Shown: piece after piece, positions 1 through 9,661 of the stretch
Numbering within the stretch: position 1 is the stretch's first letter
Layout: every line of letters starts with the position of its first letter
From: Candidatus Heimdallarchaeota archaeon
GTDB lineage: Archaea; Asgardarchaeota; Heimdallarchaeia; JABLTI01
Reading direction: 5' to 3'
DNA length: 64,000 nt
Assembly (NCBI GenBank): GCA_018238155.1
Contig: JABCTZ010000011.1
Location: 64,001 to 128,000, forward strand
Translations under genes and position numbers: made by a program
The notes under the pieces: model-generated
The model's database searches: none
The model's input: only the letters and a program-made list of their open reading frames with translations
What the model was told of the DNA's origin: nothing

Positions 1-64
1 GATAGGAAAAGTGATATATACAAAAAACACTTGGTAACTGCCTATCCTCTTTTGGTGAAAAATA

Positions 65-1348
65 ATGCAAAAAATACTCTTTATTGGAATTGACGGGGCA
101 GGGAAAACTGCTCTCTATCAGAAATTCTTTGGAAAAAAACCACCAGCTCAGCTTCTAAATATACCACCTACAAGAGGGATTGCTAAATATAAACACGATT
201 TCCTGCGATCTGATGTAGAGATTATTGATGTCGGTGGAGGAAAGAAATTTAGGCAAGGATATATCGGGAATAAGGAATTAGTGTCAAATCTAAGTGCTAT
301 CGTATATTTTGTTGATGTACAAAACGTTTCAAAATACGAAGAAACAGCTAATTTCCTAATATTATGGACGAAAAGCATTGCTGACCAATTGAGAAACGTG
401 AAAGGATATATTCTGTTCAATAAAATTGACCCAGGACTGGAAGCACAAATAAAAAATGGTTTAGCACAATTAGCTCAACTAATTGCTCCACTAGATGCGC
501 TCATACCAGGTGGTCTTATAAAAAACATTACTAGTATCTATACGGATTCCTCAAATCAAACTATGCAAAGAATACTATTGGATACTTTGCCAAAGAAAAT
601 GTCAAAAACACCTGTAAGTGCATTGCCACAAGTTCAACAAGAACCCGCAACACATTCTCCTCCTGTTCACAAAGTAATACTAAAACCACCAGTTGAAAAA
701 CAAAAAAAATTTCTAACAGAACCAGCTGTATCAAAAACTGTTACTATACCAAAAACAACACCTTCTCCAACTGCTGGACCACCAAAACTAGTTGAATCAT
801 CGATAACCGATGTTGCTCCCCCTAATATGAACATTGTTCAACCAATGAAAAAAGAAGAAGCAAAGCGAATACAAGAGAAAATAGCAGAAAGATTATCAGA
901 TATCATTACAGCCACTTTGGATAATAATACTGAGCTAACTGCAATAGCAGTCTATACAGAAAATGCGGAACGGGTAGTTGGTGCAGTACAAAGAGGAGCC
1001 AACCCAGAGATATTACAATTAATTGAAATTACTCTCTCTAAAATTAACTTGGAAGAATATATGCAAAAAATAGGTAAAATACGAATTGGTGGAGAAGGGC
1101 ACCTGAAGATTGATGTTTATAATATATTCTTTGAAAAAATCTCACCAGAACATGTAAGTACAGTTATTTGCACTTCAATTGAAGAAAGCTCAATAAAGAA
1201 TATTCAGCAATTAAATAAATATCTCAACCAAGCTTTAAGCGTATCTCCAGATAGTGTGAGCGATGACACATTCAAAAGATCTGATCTTATGACTGAATTG
1301 AAAATGAGGCTACACAGAAGAGGAAAAAGTGTAGACGAGCTGCTCTAA
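65..1348 (+). CDS. Small GTPase (Arf/Rag-like) domain + Pro-rich linker + C-terminal roadblock/longin-like domain
   Basis: G1 GIDGAGKT, G2 PPTRG, G3 DVGG, G4 NKID, G5 TSI; Pro/Thr/Lys-rich linker; C-terminal alpha/beta domain typical of Asgard GTPase fusions. Confidence 0.75.
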   Translation: MQKILFIGIDGAGKTALYQKFFGKKPPAQLLNIPPTRGIAKYKHDFLRSDVEIIDVGGGKKFRQGYIGNKELVSNLSAIVYFVDVQNVSKYEETANFLILWTKSIADQLRNVKGYILFNKIDPGLEAQIKNGLAQLAQLIAPLDALIPGGLIKNITSIYTDSSNQTMQRILLDTLPKKMSKTPVSALPQVQQEPATHSPPVHKVILKPPVEKQKKFLTEPAVSKTVTIPKTTPSPTAGPPKLVESSITDVAPPNMNIVQPMKKEEAKRIQEKIAERLSDIITATLDNNTELTAIAVYTENAERVVGAVQRGANPEILQLIEITLSKINLEEYMQKIGKIRIGGEGHLKIDVYNIFFEKISPEHVSTVICTSIEESSIKNIQQLNKYLNQALSVSPDSVSDDTFKRSDLMTELKMRLHRRGKSVDELL

Positions 1349-1382
1349 AATCCACTTTAGCAAAAAGAAAGAGAAAAGAAAG

Positions 1383-1417
1383 TGGTGGACCGGATGGAAT
1401 TTGAATCCATGATCTCC
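1383..1417 (-). repeat. att-like direct repeat 1 (tRNA-Ala 3' half)
   Basis: tggtggaccggatggaatttgaatccatg (1383-1411) is identical to 26387-26415, then atctcc vs gcctcc. Confidence 0.92.
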
Positions 1418-1674
1418 ATTACAAACCATTGACTTTACTACTTGATATACGGGTTTCTGAATTGTAATACTAAAATTAAACTCCTTATCTAATTCAATTA
1501 ATTAGTCAAATCAGAAAGGAATATTTCAAAATCTCTATCTGATTTTAGAAATACAAAAACTTCTTCTTTCAAAATTTCTTCTAACAATGGAAATTTTTCA
1601 AGATCAATAAGTGGTAATGTTTCCAATGTAAATTCATTGTCTTTTTCAAGTGCATAAACAATCGCATTTATTGA

Positions 1675-2115
1675 TCAATACAGGTTCTTCCGGAAGTGGT
1701 TCACCTTCGTCTGTTTTATGTCAAAGACATAGACCGCTCGGAAATAGATCCCTTTTTCGTTGACTTCCTCGCCTGTTCGGTCATCGAGACGTTTCTTCTC
1801 GTATGTGCATGGTGCTAAGATAGCAATTCCTTTCTCACCTTTTCTTACGAATCGGTTGAGCTTTTTCCACTTGTTGATTCTGACATCTTTTTTAGGGGTG
1901 TATCCAGCAACAAGGGAAGCGTTCGATTGCTGACATAGAATTAACAGAATATTGTTGTAGGAGTATTTGTGGAACTTGGACATCAATTGGAGATGCTTTT
2001 ACATTTCCTCTGAGATGCGAGCTTTTTCAGTTTGGTTGGCAAGTTCGTCGATAGCGTCTGTTATTTGCTCTTTTAGATCAGCTTGTTTTTGCTTCCAATC
2101 TTTTTTTGCCGTTAT
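1675..2115 (-). pseudogene. ArdC-like (DUF1738) ssDNA-binding/antirestriction protein, disrupted
   Basis: Motifs FHKYSYNNILLI, WKKLNRFVRKGEKGIAILAP, VFDIKQT; in-frame TAA at 1999-2001 separates an upstream frame (KKDWKQKQADLKEQITDAIDEL); a missing base turns the expected QTEGEPLP into QTKVNHF. Confidence 0.8.
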
Positions 2116-2375
2116 CGGATAGACCTCTTTAGGTTTTGGTTTATTAAGTCAATAATTAATAGAGATGAAGATAGAACTGATCCTGTTAAGCTAAAGAGAT
2201 TCTTCGAACTCTAGGTATTAAAAATGAGCAAAAATGATTTTGTCCTATTAGTCCATATTTTAATAGCAACAACTGCCACACGATAAAATTGAAAAGAAGG
2301 AAAGAACGAGGGGGAAAAGAGGATTTGTTAATTGAATTATTTTAAAATGATTACTAAAATAGTGCTTAAATTAAT

Positions 2376-4943
2376 CTAATACCCCAAATATTCTTTTTCA
2401 ATAAAGTCTTTTATCTCTGTAATAAAACTACTTTCTGAGTCTTTTTGTGTATAGATAATTATCTGTTCTTTAGCTCGAGTTAAAGCAACATAAAATAATC
2501 TTCTTTCTTCTTGTTCACGTAATCCATCATTCTCTTTAATAGCTGTCTCAAAGACATCTGGATTTTCAAGTTCACAAGGAAATCCATATAATCCCTTATC
2601 TACATTTAATAAAATTACAACTTTCGATTCTAATCCCTTGCTTTTATGAACAGAGAATATACGAACACAATTTGGTTTATCAGGTTCTTCAGAAATAGGG
2701 ATACCATACATATTCTTCATGCCAAAATGATTTCTTAATTTAGGATTTTTTGCAATTCTTAAAAGAATCATAAAATCATCGTATTTGAAGCCTTTTTTAA
2801 CAAGTTCGTTTATTTTCTTTAGAGCGTGAGACGCAATTTGTTCATAATATTTACCAAAATATTCTTTTTTGTGTTTCGAGGAATAAACCAAAATTTTCGT
2901 TTCTTTATTTTTGTTAGCAATAGTCTGTTTTTTAATTTGATTAATGTTATTTTTTATTACGGTTGCTCCAACATTTACGATTGTTTTTATACTTCTATAA
3001 TTTCTTATCAAATCTGTTCTAGCTGGATGATCAAAATATCTATCAAAGTGAATAAAATAGTCAAGATTCGATCCCGCAAACCCCATGATACTCTGCCAAT
3101 CATCACCTACACAAAATAGTTTACACTTTGGATTTTTTTCCATTAAAGCCTTAATTAAATAATATCTTTGAGTACTAATATCCTGAAATTCATCAATGAG
3201 AATATGGTCATAAGTATCTAGATAGAAATCTTTGTTTTTATTTAGAAGCTTTGAAGCGTGATTGATCATATCACAAAAATCCATAGAATAATTTTTCTCT
3301 AGTTCTTTTTCGTATTCCTGATAGATTCTCAAAGCTATTTTAGTAAAAGCAAACTGTTTGGGTGACCAATTCATTTTATCTAATCGTTCTTCAATATCTG
3401 ATACAGTTAAACCATAGGTTTTTGCAATAGTAATATACCTTGAAATATTCATTGGTAACCCTTTAACAAATTCTTTACATTCTTCCCAAACTTTTTCTAC
3501 TAGTTCACTATATGATAGTAACGATTGTTTAAACTCTTCTTGAGGAAATTTCTTATAAAGTGCTGTCAGAAATTTTTCTTCCAATGTTTTGTCAATTGGT
3601 TTGGTCTTAAATTCTGCTTCTGTAGTTTCGATTAGAAATTTATTATTCTCTTTAAATTTACTTCTTTTTTTGCTCATACCTTTTCTATAATTTTCTGTTG
3701 GATTTTCACCGGAAAACCATCTGGGTACATTCCCATCCTCATCAATTGCCCAATGTTCCAAATAGATATCAAAATCAGGAAAATAGAAATCTGGATTTGG
3801 TATATGCTCTATTCCCTCTTCATCTACATAGGTCATCCATTCTGCTGGTTCTTCATATAAAATGTTAATTTTGTTTCCATTAATTTTGTTCCTTATGAAA
3901 AAATTGGCTATTAATCTTTCAGATTCACTTTTTACTTTTGTCCCATCTAAGGTTGTATAAGTCATGTTTCTTTGGTATTCATAAAATTCTTCTTTTTCTT
4001 CAAAATCAGCTTCCTCTTTAATGATTTTTTCATCAGAATAATGCTTCATAAATGAGATAATTTGATTTTGAAATGTTTCATCATTATTTCTTATATTCTC
4101 AAAAATTTCTTGAATATATTTTTGATATTTGTAATCATTGTTACAACGTTGATTTAGCTTTTTTGGATCAATAAATTTTTTTATGGCATCATCTTCGATT
4201 ACTTTTTTTCCAAATGAATGAAAAGTTCTGATTTCGATATCAATTTCATATCTCTTTTTCAATCGGTTCTTAATTTCTTCTTGAGCTTTATTTTGAAAAG
4301 CCAAAGCTAAAATTCGTTTTGGGTTAATTCTATTAGATTTCCTTTTAACAAGATATGCTATTCTTGTAGTCAAGACTTCTGTCTTACCAGATCCTGCTCC
4401 AGCGACAATTAAATTATGTTTATCATCAATTATAATTGCTCTTTGTTGTTCATCATCTAAGATTAAATTCTCTCTTTTAAAGAGATTCGCATATTCAATT
4501 TTTTTTCTTTGAATAAATTGTTCATTATAATGATTGATTTTATCTAATAGTGTAATGACTTCATCTTCTATTTGCTCACTTAGAATAATAATTTTCTCAG
4601 GTAAAAAATTTGAATAACTTTGAATATATCCCAACTTTCTAATGAAGTCTCTAATTTGAGAAAGGTATTTTTCTTTTTCAGAATAAATAAGGTAGGTATC
4701 ATTAATTACAATTTCTTGATATCTCTCCTGAAGAGTTAAGAGATTATCTTTAATAACAATAACAAGTTCCTGTAAGGTTTTTTCCTTCTCATCATACAGA
4801 TAAGATAATCTGATTTTTATCTTACTCAAAATATAAAAACCAATAAAAAAAGGAATGGTTAAATAACCAATAAATCTAAGATTCTTGAATTTCTTTATTT
4901 CCAATAGAAGTTCTTTAAGACGTATAAAATCATACTCTCTCAT
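2376..4943 (-). CDS. UvrD-family helicase (helicase IV/HelD-like) with inserted PD-(D/E)XK-like domain and N-terminal hydrophobic segment
   Basis: AGAGSGKT, IDEFQD, VGDDWQSI, NYRS, VHKSKGLE, EERRLFYVALTRAK; insert VKSESERLIANF..PDFY..YLEHW. Confidence 0.9.
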   Translation of the reverse strand: MREYDFIRLKELLLEIKKFKNLRFIGYLTIPFFIGFYILSKIKIRLSYLYDEKEKTLQELVIVIKDNLLTLQERYQEIVINDTYLIYSEKEKYLSQIRDFIRKLGYIQSYSNFLPEKIIILSEQIEDEVITLLDKINHYNEQFIQRKKIEYANLFKRENLILDDEQQRAIIIDDKHNLIVAGAGSGKTEVLTTRIAYLVKRKSNRINPKRILALAFQNKAQEEIKNRLKKRYEIDIEIRTFHSFGKKVIEDDAIKKFIDPKKLNQRCNNDYKYQKYIQEIFENIRNNDETFQNQIISFMKHYSDEKIIKEEADFEEKEEFYEYQRNMTYTTLDGTKVKSESERLIANFFIRNKINGNKINILYEEPAEWMTYVDEEGIEHIPNPDFYFPDFDIYLEHWAIDEDGNVPRWFSGENPTENYRKGMSKKRSKFKENNKFLIETTEAEFKTKPIDKTLEEKFLTALYKKFPQEEFKQSLLSYSELVEKVWEECKEFVKGLPMNISRYITIAKTYGLTVSDIEERLDKMNWSPKQFAFTKIALRIYQEYEKELEKNYSMDFCDMINHASKLLNKNKDFYLDTYDHILIDEFQDISTQRYYLIKALMEKNPKCKLFCVGDDWQSIMGFAGSNLDYFIHFDRYFDHPARTDLIRNYRSIKTIVNVGATVIKNNINQIKKQTIANKNKETKILVYSSKHKKEYFGKYYEQIASHALKKINELVKKGFKYDDFMILLRIAKNPKLRNHFGMKNMYGIPISEEPDKPNCVRIFSVHKSKGLESKVVILLNVDKGLYGFPCELENPDVFETAIKENDGLREQEERRLFYVALTRAKEQIIIYTQKDSESSFITEIKDFIEKEYLGY

Positions 4944-5154
4944 AGAATTGTATTAACAATAAATAGTTTATAATTATTTTTAATGAAGACAAAACAAGTG
5001 AACTAAGAAAAATAGCTAAAACCGTATTAGATAAATCACGAGTACTCATCTGTTTTATTTATCCACCAATTCATATATTAGTCAACAATATTTGGTTGTC
5101 CTTCGCTATCCAAAATAATACCTTCTATTACCTTTAAAGAATAATAAGAGAAAA

Positions 5155-5330
5155 TTCTTTATAAAATACTAAATGAAAGCCAAAAATTAGTGAATTGTAA
5201 TATCAGATAAAGAAAGGGAAAGAATATTTCTCATTTAAATATCAAATGACTCTTTACTCCCTTTTCCTTTTATTTCAACAATTTTGTTTCTTTTTTCCCC
5301 TTCTACTTAATATAGAAATAAAAACAAAAA
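5155..5330 (+). repeat. 176-bp non-coding direct repeat, copy 1
   Basis: Matches 9361-9536 with two visible substitutions. Confidence 0.9.
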
Positions 5331-5365
5331 GAAGGATTATAAAAGACGGAAATTAGAAAAGAAAG

Positions 5366-5399
5366 TGGTGGACCGAGTGGAATTTGAATCCACGTCCTC
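5366..5399 (-). repeat. att-like direct repeat 2 (variant tRNA 3' half)
   Basis: tggtggaccgagtggaatttgaatccacgtcctc. Confidence 0.85.
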
Positions 5400-5422
5400 T
5401 TTTTTGAAATGGAAAACTGAAA

Positions 5423-6991
5423 TCATTTGCGTTTTATGTAAAGAACAATAACTGCAAGCAGTACAACAGTCATTATACCTAGGAACCCATACAAAAATGT
5501 TGGTTGTACAGGTTCGAGTGGCTCAATAAATTTCGTCACAAAACATTCACTCTTGGCACTTTCACGGTCAACCGCATTTATCATTGGAAAATCATCTGAA
5601 TATGTTATGCCCACAATATAACAATAGCCATTATTAGTTACAGCAATATCCCGACCTTCATCTCCCGAGCTCCCTCCAAGATAGGTGCTCCAAAGTAAAA
5701 CACCATCTAATGAGAATTTTGATGCAAAGACATCATAGCCATCGTTTTTAGTAAAATCATAAGCGTTTTTAGTCGGAAAATTCGTTGATGCGGTATAACC
5801 TGTAATATAGCAACTATCATCTTTTGATGTGGTAATTGCGCAACCTCTGTCAGGACCATTTCCACCAAGAAATGTGCTCCATAGCAAACCTCCACTTGCA
5901 GAAAATTTGGCAACAAACGCATCTCCCCAATCATCGTACGTCTCATTAAAGGCATTTTGTACTGGAAATTCACTAGAAACTGTATAGCCCGTCACATAAC
6001 AACTTCCATCACTTGCAGCAGTAATACTATGACCTACATCCCACCACACCCCACCAAGAAAGGTACTCCACAAAAGTGAACCCTCAGTGGAAAATTTAGA
6101 TATATAAGTATCCGAATCACCATTATATGAGTCATCAAATGCATTCTTCACTGGAAAATCAACTGAGTCAGTTTCACCAGTCACATAACAACTCCCATCA
6201 TTTGACACAACAATATCTCCTACACGCTCCGAATAACTCCCTCCTAAATATGTGCTCCAAAGTAACCCCCCTTCTGTATCAAACTTGGAAACAAAAACGT
6301 CATACCCGCCATTATACGTATCACTATAGGCTTCTTTTGTTGGAAAATTAACAGATGAGGTTCTACCTGTGATATAGCAACTCCCATCTTTAGCAACAGA
6401 GATTCCTTGTGCTCTATCAAAATCATTGCCACCAAAGTAGGTGCTCCAAAGTAAAACACCATCTGATGAGAACTTTGAAACAAAAACATCTTCATAACCA
6501 CTAAAAGTACTGTTAAACGCATTTTTGGTTGGAAAATTGCTTGAATTAGTGTTTCCCAAAACATAGCAGCTTCCATCATCTCCCGCAGCAATAGCAAAAG
6601 CTCGATCCCGACTACTCCCTCCAAGATAAGAACTAAAGAGCAGGGAACCATCAAAAGCAAATTTAGTGATAAATGCATCGAGATTACCACCGAGAGTTTC
6701 ATCAAAAGCATTTTTTAAGGGAAAATCATTGGATCCTGTCAGCCCGGTGACATAACACTCTCCCTTGTCGGTTATTGTAGCACTATAGCCATGATCTTTA
6801 TCCTTCCCCCCTAGAAAAGTACTGAAATCAATAGTAAGATTAGCAGACAAAATAGCATTTACATATGGATTTATTTTCACGCTGTTTTTTGTAAAACTAT
6901 ATTGCTGCAGAATTGGTATTAGATTCCCAAAAATTAGTACAAAACCTATGCAACAGACCAGAATTAAATGACTTTTTTTTCTCAACTTCAA
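5423..6991 (-). CDS. SBBP-repeat beta-propeller surface protein
   Basis: Seven repeats of WSTxLGG..D....I....DGSCYVTGxTxSxxFP; N-terminal signal/TM and C-terminal TM with KRK tail. Confidence 0.9.
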   Translation of the reverse strand: MKLRKKSHLILVCCIGFVLIFGNLIPILQQYSFTKNSVKINPYVNAILSANLTIDFSTFLGGKDKDHGYSATITDKGECYVTGLTGSNDFPLKNAFDETLGGNLDAFITKFAFDGSLLFSSYLGGSSRDRAFAIAAGDDGSCYVLGNTNSSNFPTKNAFNSTFSGYEDVFVSKFSSDGVLLWSTYFGGNDFDRAQGISVAKDGSCYITGRTSSVNFPTKEAYSDTYNGGYDVFVSKFDTEGGLLWSTYLGGSYSERVGDIVVSNDGSCYVTGETDSVDFPVKNAFDDSYNGDSDTYISKFSTEGSLLWSTFLGGVWWDVGHSITAASDGSCYVTGYTVSSEFPVQNAFNETYDDWGDAFVAKFSASGGLLWSTFLGGNGPDRGCAITTSKDDSCYITGYTASTNFPTKNAYDFTKNDGYDVFASKFSLDGVLLWSTYLGGSSGDEGRDIAVTNNGYCYIVGITYSDDFPMINAVDRESAKSECFVTKFIEPLEPVQPTFLYGFLGIMTVVLLAVIVLYIKRK

Positions 6992-7190
6992 ATCCCCAAA
7001 TGTTAATTAAGTAATTTACTAAAAAAAGTTATTTTCATAAAATTTCCGTCGTAATCACTAATGAACAATGTTGCTATCTATCATTTTTTTTAATGCTAGA
7101 CTTTTATTAATTGATGTTTTTTTTGACTTTTCACTTATTTTATTCTCTTCTAAAAAAGAAAAGGAATCCCAAAAGATTCCCTTATCTATG

Positions 7191-8105
7191 TTAATCAAAC
7201 CAAGTGTAGCTTGAATAGTCTCTTTTTTGTGAATTCTGATCAGAGCACTCATCTTCTGCATCTTCCCATGCTTCTACCGCAGTATCTTCTACTTCAACAG
7301 CATCAAAGAAGTAATATGAGAATTCTCCTTCTTGATTTGGATATCCTGTACGGAAGTCTGCTTCATGAGAAGTATCTGTAGAAGACATTGCTAAATAGGG
7401 ACTTGCAGTAAAATCTGTTGCCCAAGTACCGGAATAACAGGAATCAACAAGCAGACATTTTCGAGCCGAATCCCAATTATCCATATAGGATTTAAATGTG
7501 TCTGAGTAAACTTGTGAATTTTCATTTGATTTGAAATAGGTGTAAGATTTTCCTTCAGAACTATCGTATTCTCCATGACCAATAATATAGCAGAAAAGAG
7601 TATCGGCAGGACGTTCATAGTCATCAACTGTATCACAATCATCACTAACATCATCACTATTAGCAAATTTGAAATATTTTGTATATCCCTCATCATCTAG
7701 TATCTCTTCGTATATATCTATCGTATCCTCATTGCATGCATCATAGGCATAGAAAAAGACAGCAATTTTCTCAGTGATCGCATCAAGTTCGAAATCATTT
7801 GTACCTCCAGAATAGACTATTTTTGTATCAGTATCCCAACGGTAATTCTTCACTACAGATAAATAATAAGGTGAGTTGCCGCTTAATGTCACAGAAAGAC
7901 TATATTCACCTTGACCGTTTGTTGTTGTTGAACCAAGGATATTGAAATAACTATCGGCTAGAACAATTGATGCGCCACTCAATGGATCGCCATATTCACT
8001 TTCAACTGTTCCAGTAAAGTTCGTTGCTCCACGCACATTAATATTTGTGCTCATCATACCAACAAATAGAAAAACTAACATCATAATTCCTAATTTCTTT
8101 TTCAA
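7191..8105 (-). CDS. Secreted clan CD (caspase/legumain-fold) peptidase with N-terminal carboxypeptidase-regulatory-like domain
   Basis: Signal peptide; GTV..GDPLSGASI..TTTNGQGEYS; catalytic dyad IIGHG and LVDSCYSG. Confidence 0.75.
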   Translation of the reverse strand: MKKKLGIMMLVFLFVGMMSTNINVRGATNFTGTVESEYGDPLSGASIVLADSYFNILGSTTTNGQGEYSLSVTLSGNSPYYLSVVKNYRWDTDTKIVYSGGTNDFELDAITEKIAVFFYAYDACNEDTIDIYEEILDDEGYTKYFKFANSDDVSDDCDTVDDYERPADTLFCYIIGHGEYDSSEGKSYTYFKSNENSQVYSDTFKSYMDNWDSARKCLLVDSCYSGTWATDFTASPYLAMSSTDTSHEADFRTGYPNQEGEFSYYFFDAVEVEDTAVEAWEDAEDECSDQNSQKRDYSSYTWFD

Positions 8106-8430
8106 TTTTAATTCCTCCCCTCTTTCTTAATCAAAAGAGTTCAATGTACAATAACAAGGTAATTATATTTAAGACTTCTTGATATCTATGCTTAGATTGT
8201 ACTTACTGAATAACTATTTAGATTTTGTCAGACAAGTAATAATAAAACCGTTATTATCAGTAATGCAAGTCGAAATCAGCAATGGTTTCATATCATGAAT
8301 TTACTTAAGATTCTTCAATTCCATTGTATGAAAATAACACTAAACAATAAAAGATTTTTGTGAGTCGAGTAAGATGGGTTCAGATGCTACCTCAATAATG
8401 ATTTATTGAATTCGCGGTTTTAGTGAAATC

Positions 8431-9330
8431 CTATTCTTGTAATTGATGTTTTGCTCTGAAATCTTCCAAACCATGAAATTCCATTATCTCATCGATAATC
8501 ATTTTTGCTCCTTCATTATTGTTATAGAGAAAGTCTAATTTCTCTAGAAGAAATCTGGAAGCATGTGGTATTTCTTGAATATAGGAGGAAAATGTTCGAG
8601 CAACAGCTGTAATATATTCATCAATTTGATAATCAAGCGTCATGAATTCTAATAATGGATTAGCAATGAGTTCAAATTGATCGGGAAAATTGGAAAGACT
8701 GTCAATAGCTGATTCTTTGATATCAATGATCCAATATTCGGAATATTCTGGATCAAATGTATCATTAGTAGATATTATTGATGTTCCACCATCATGTCCA
8801 GCAAAGTAGGGGTCCTCAAAATAATGTTCGTCTAGGGCAAGGATTTGAAGAAAAATGGGGATAAGTGATGGGTTTTTGTCAGTATGTGAAAGACGATTTA
8901 AAATCTCAGTAGATTCATAACGCATATCCATATGATTCTCTTTGTTAAGAATAATTCGACGAGAAATTTCAATACTTCTAGCTTGAAATTCTTTCATATG
9001 ATAAAGAACATAAGCTAACCGATATAAAATATAAGGACATTCAGTATCATCCTTCAAGAGATTAGTAACAAAAGAGGGTATGACTTGAGCTATTTCTATG
9101 ATTTTTGCAATAATAAAAACTAAACATTTTCTATTGGTAACATCAACTTCCTGTTCAAGCTGGGCTAACAGGAACTCAAAAATACTGGAAATAAAATCCG
9201 GCTTTATATTAATGGTTGAATTTTCAAAATATTGGAAATCAATCGCTAAAACATCTATTCCTATTGCTTCACAAAGCTGCTCAATAATTGCATCACCTTT
9301 ATCATCAAATTGTAAAACTTCATCAATCAT
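8431..9330 (-). CDS. Hypothetical acidic alpha-helical (HEAT-like) protein
   Basis: 299-aa ORF with upstream GAGG; helical pattern only. Confidence 0.55.
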   Translation of the reverse strand: MIDEVLQFDDKGDAIIEQLCEAIGIDVLAIDFQYFENSTINIKPDFISSIFEFLLAQLEQEVDVTNRKCLVFIIAKIIEIAQVIPSFVTNLLKDDTECPYILYRLAYVLYHMKEFQARSIEISRRIILNKENHMDMRYESTEILNRLSHTDKNPSLIPIFLQILALDEHYFEDPYFAGHDGGTSIISTNDTFDPEYSEYWIIDIKESAIDSLSNFPDQFELIANPLLEFMTLDYQIDEYITAVARTFSSYIQEIPHASRFLLEKLDFLYNNNEGAKMIIDEIMEFHGLEDFRAKHQLQE

Positions 9331-9360
9331 TAGAAATCCTCACTCTTTCCTAGTGTTATC

Positions 9361-9536
9361 TTCTTTATAAAATACTAAATGAAAGCCAAAAATTAGTGAA
9401 TTGTAATATCAGACAAAGAAAGGGAAAGAATATTTCTCATTTAAATATCAAATGACTCTTTACTCCCTTTTTCTTTTATTTCAACAATTTTGTTTCTTTT
9501 TTCCCCTTCTACTTAATATAGAAATAAAAACAAAAA
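9361..9536 (+). repeat. 176-bp non-coding direct repeat, copy 2
   Basis: Matches 5155-5330. Confidence 0.9.
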
Positions 9537-9661
9537 TATTCCAGAGCTAAGTGTTACAAACATCTTAATTACACAATCTTAAAAAATATGGGAAACGATA
9601 AAAACATGCGGTGTAGGCACAAATTTTAATAATTTCTAAGCAATCAATATTTAGTATTTAA

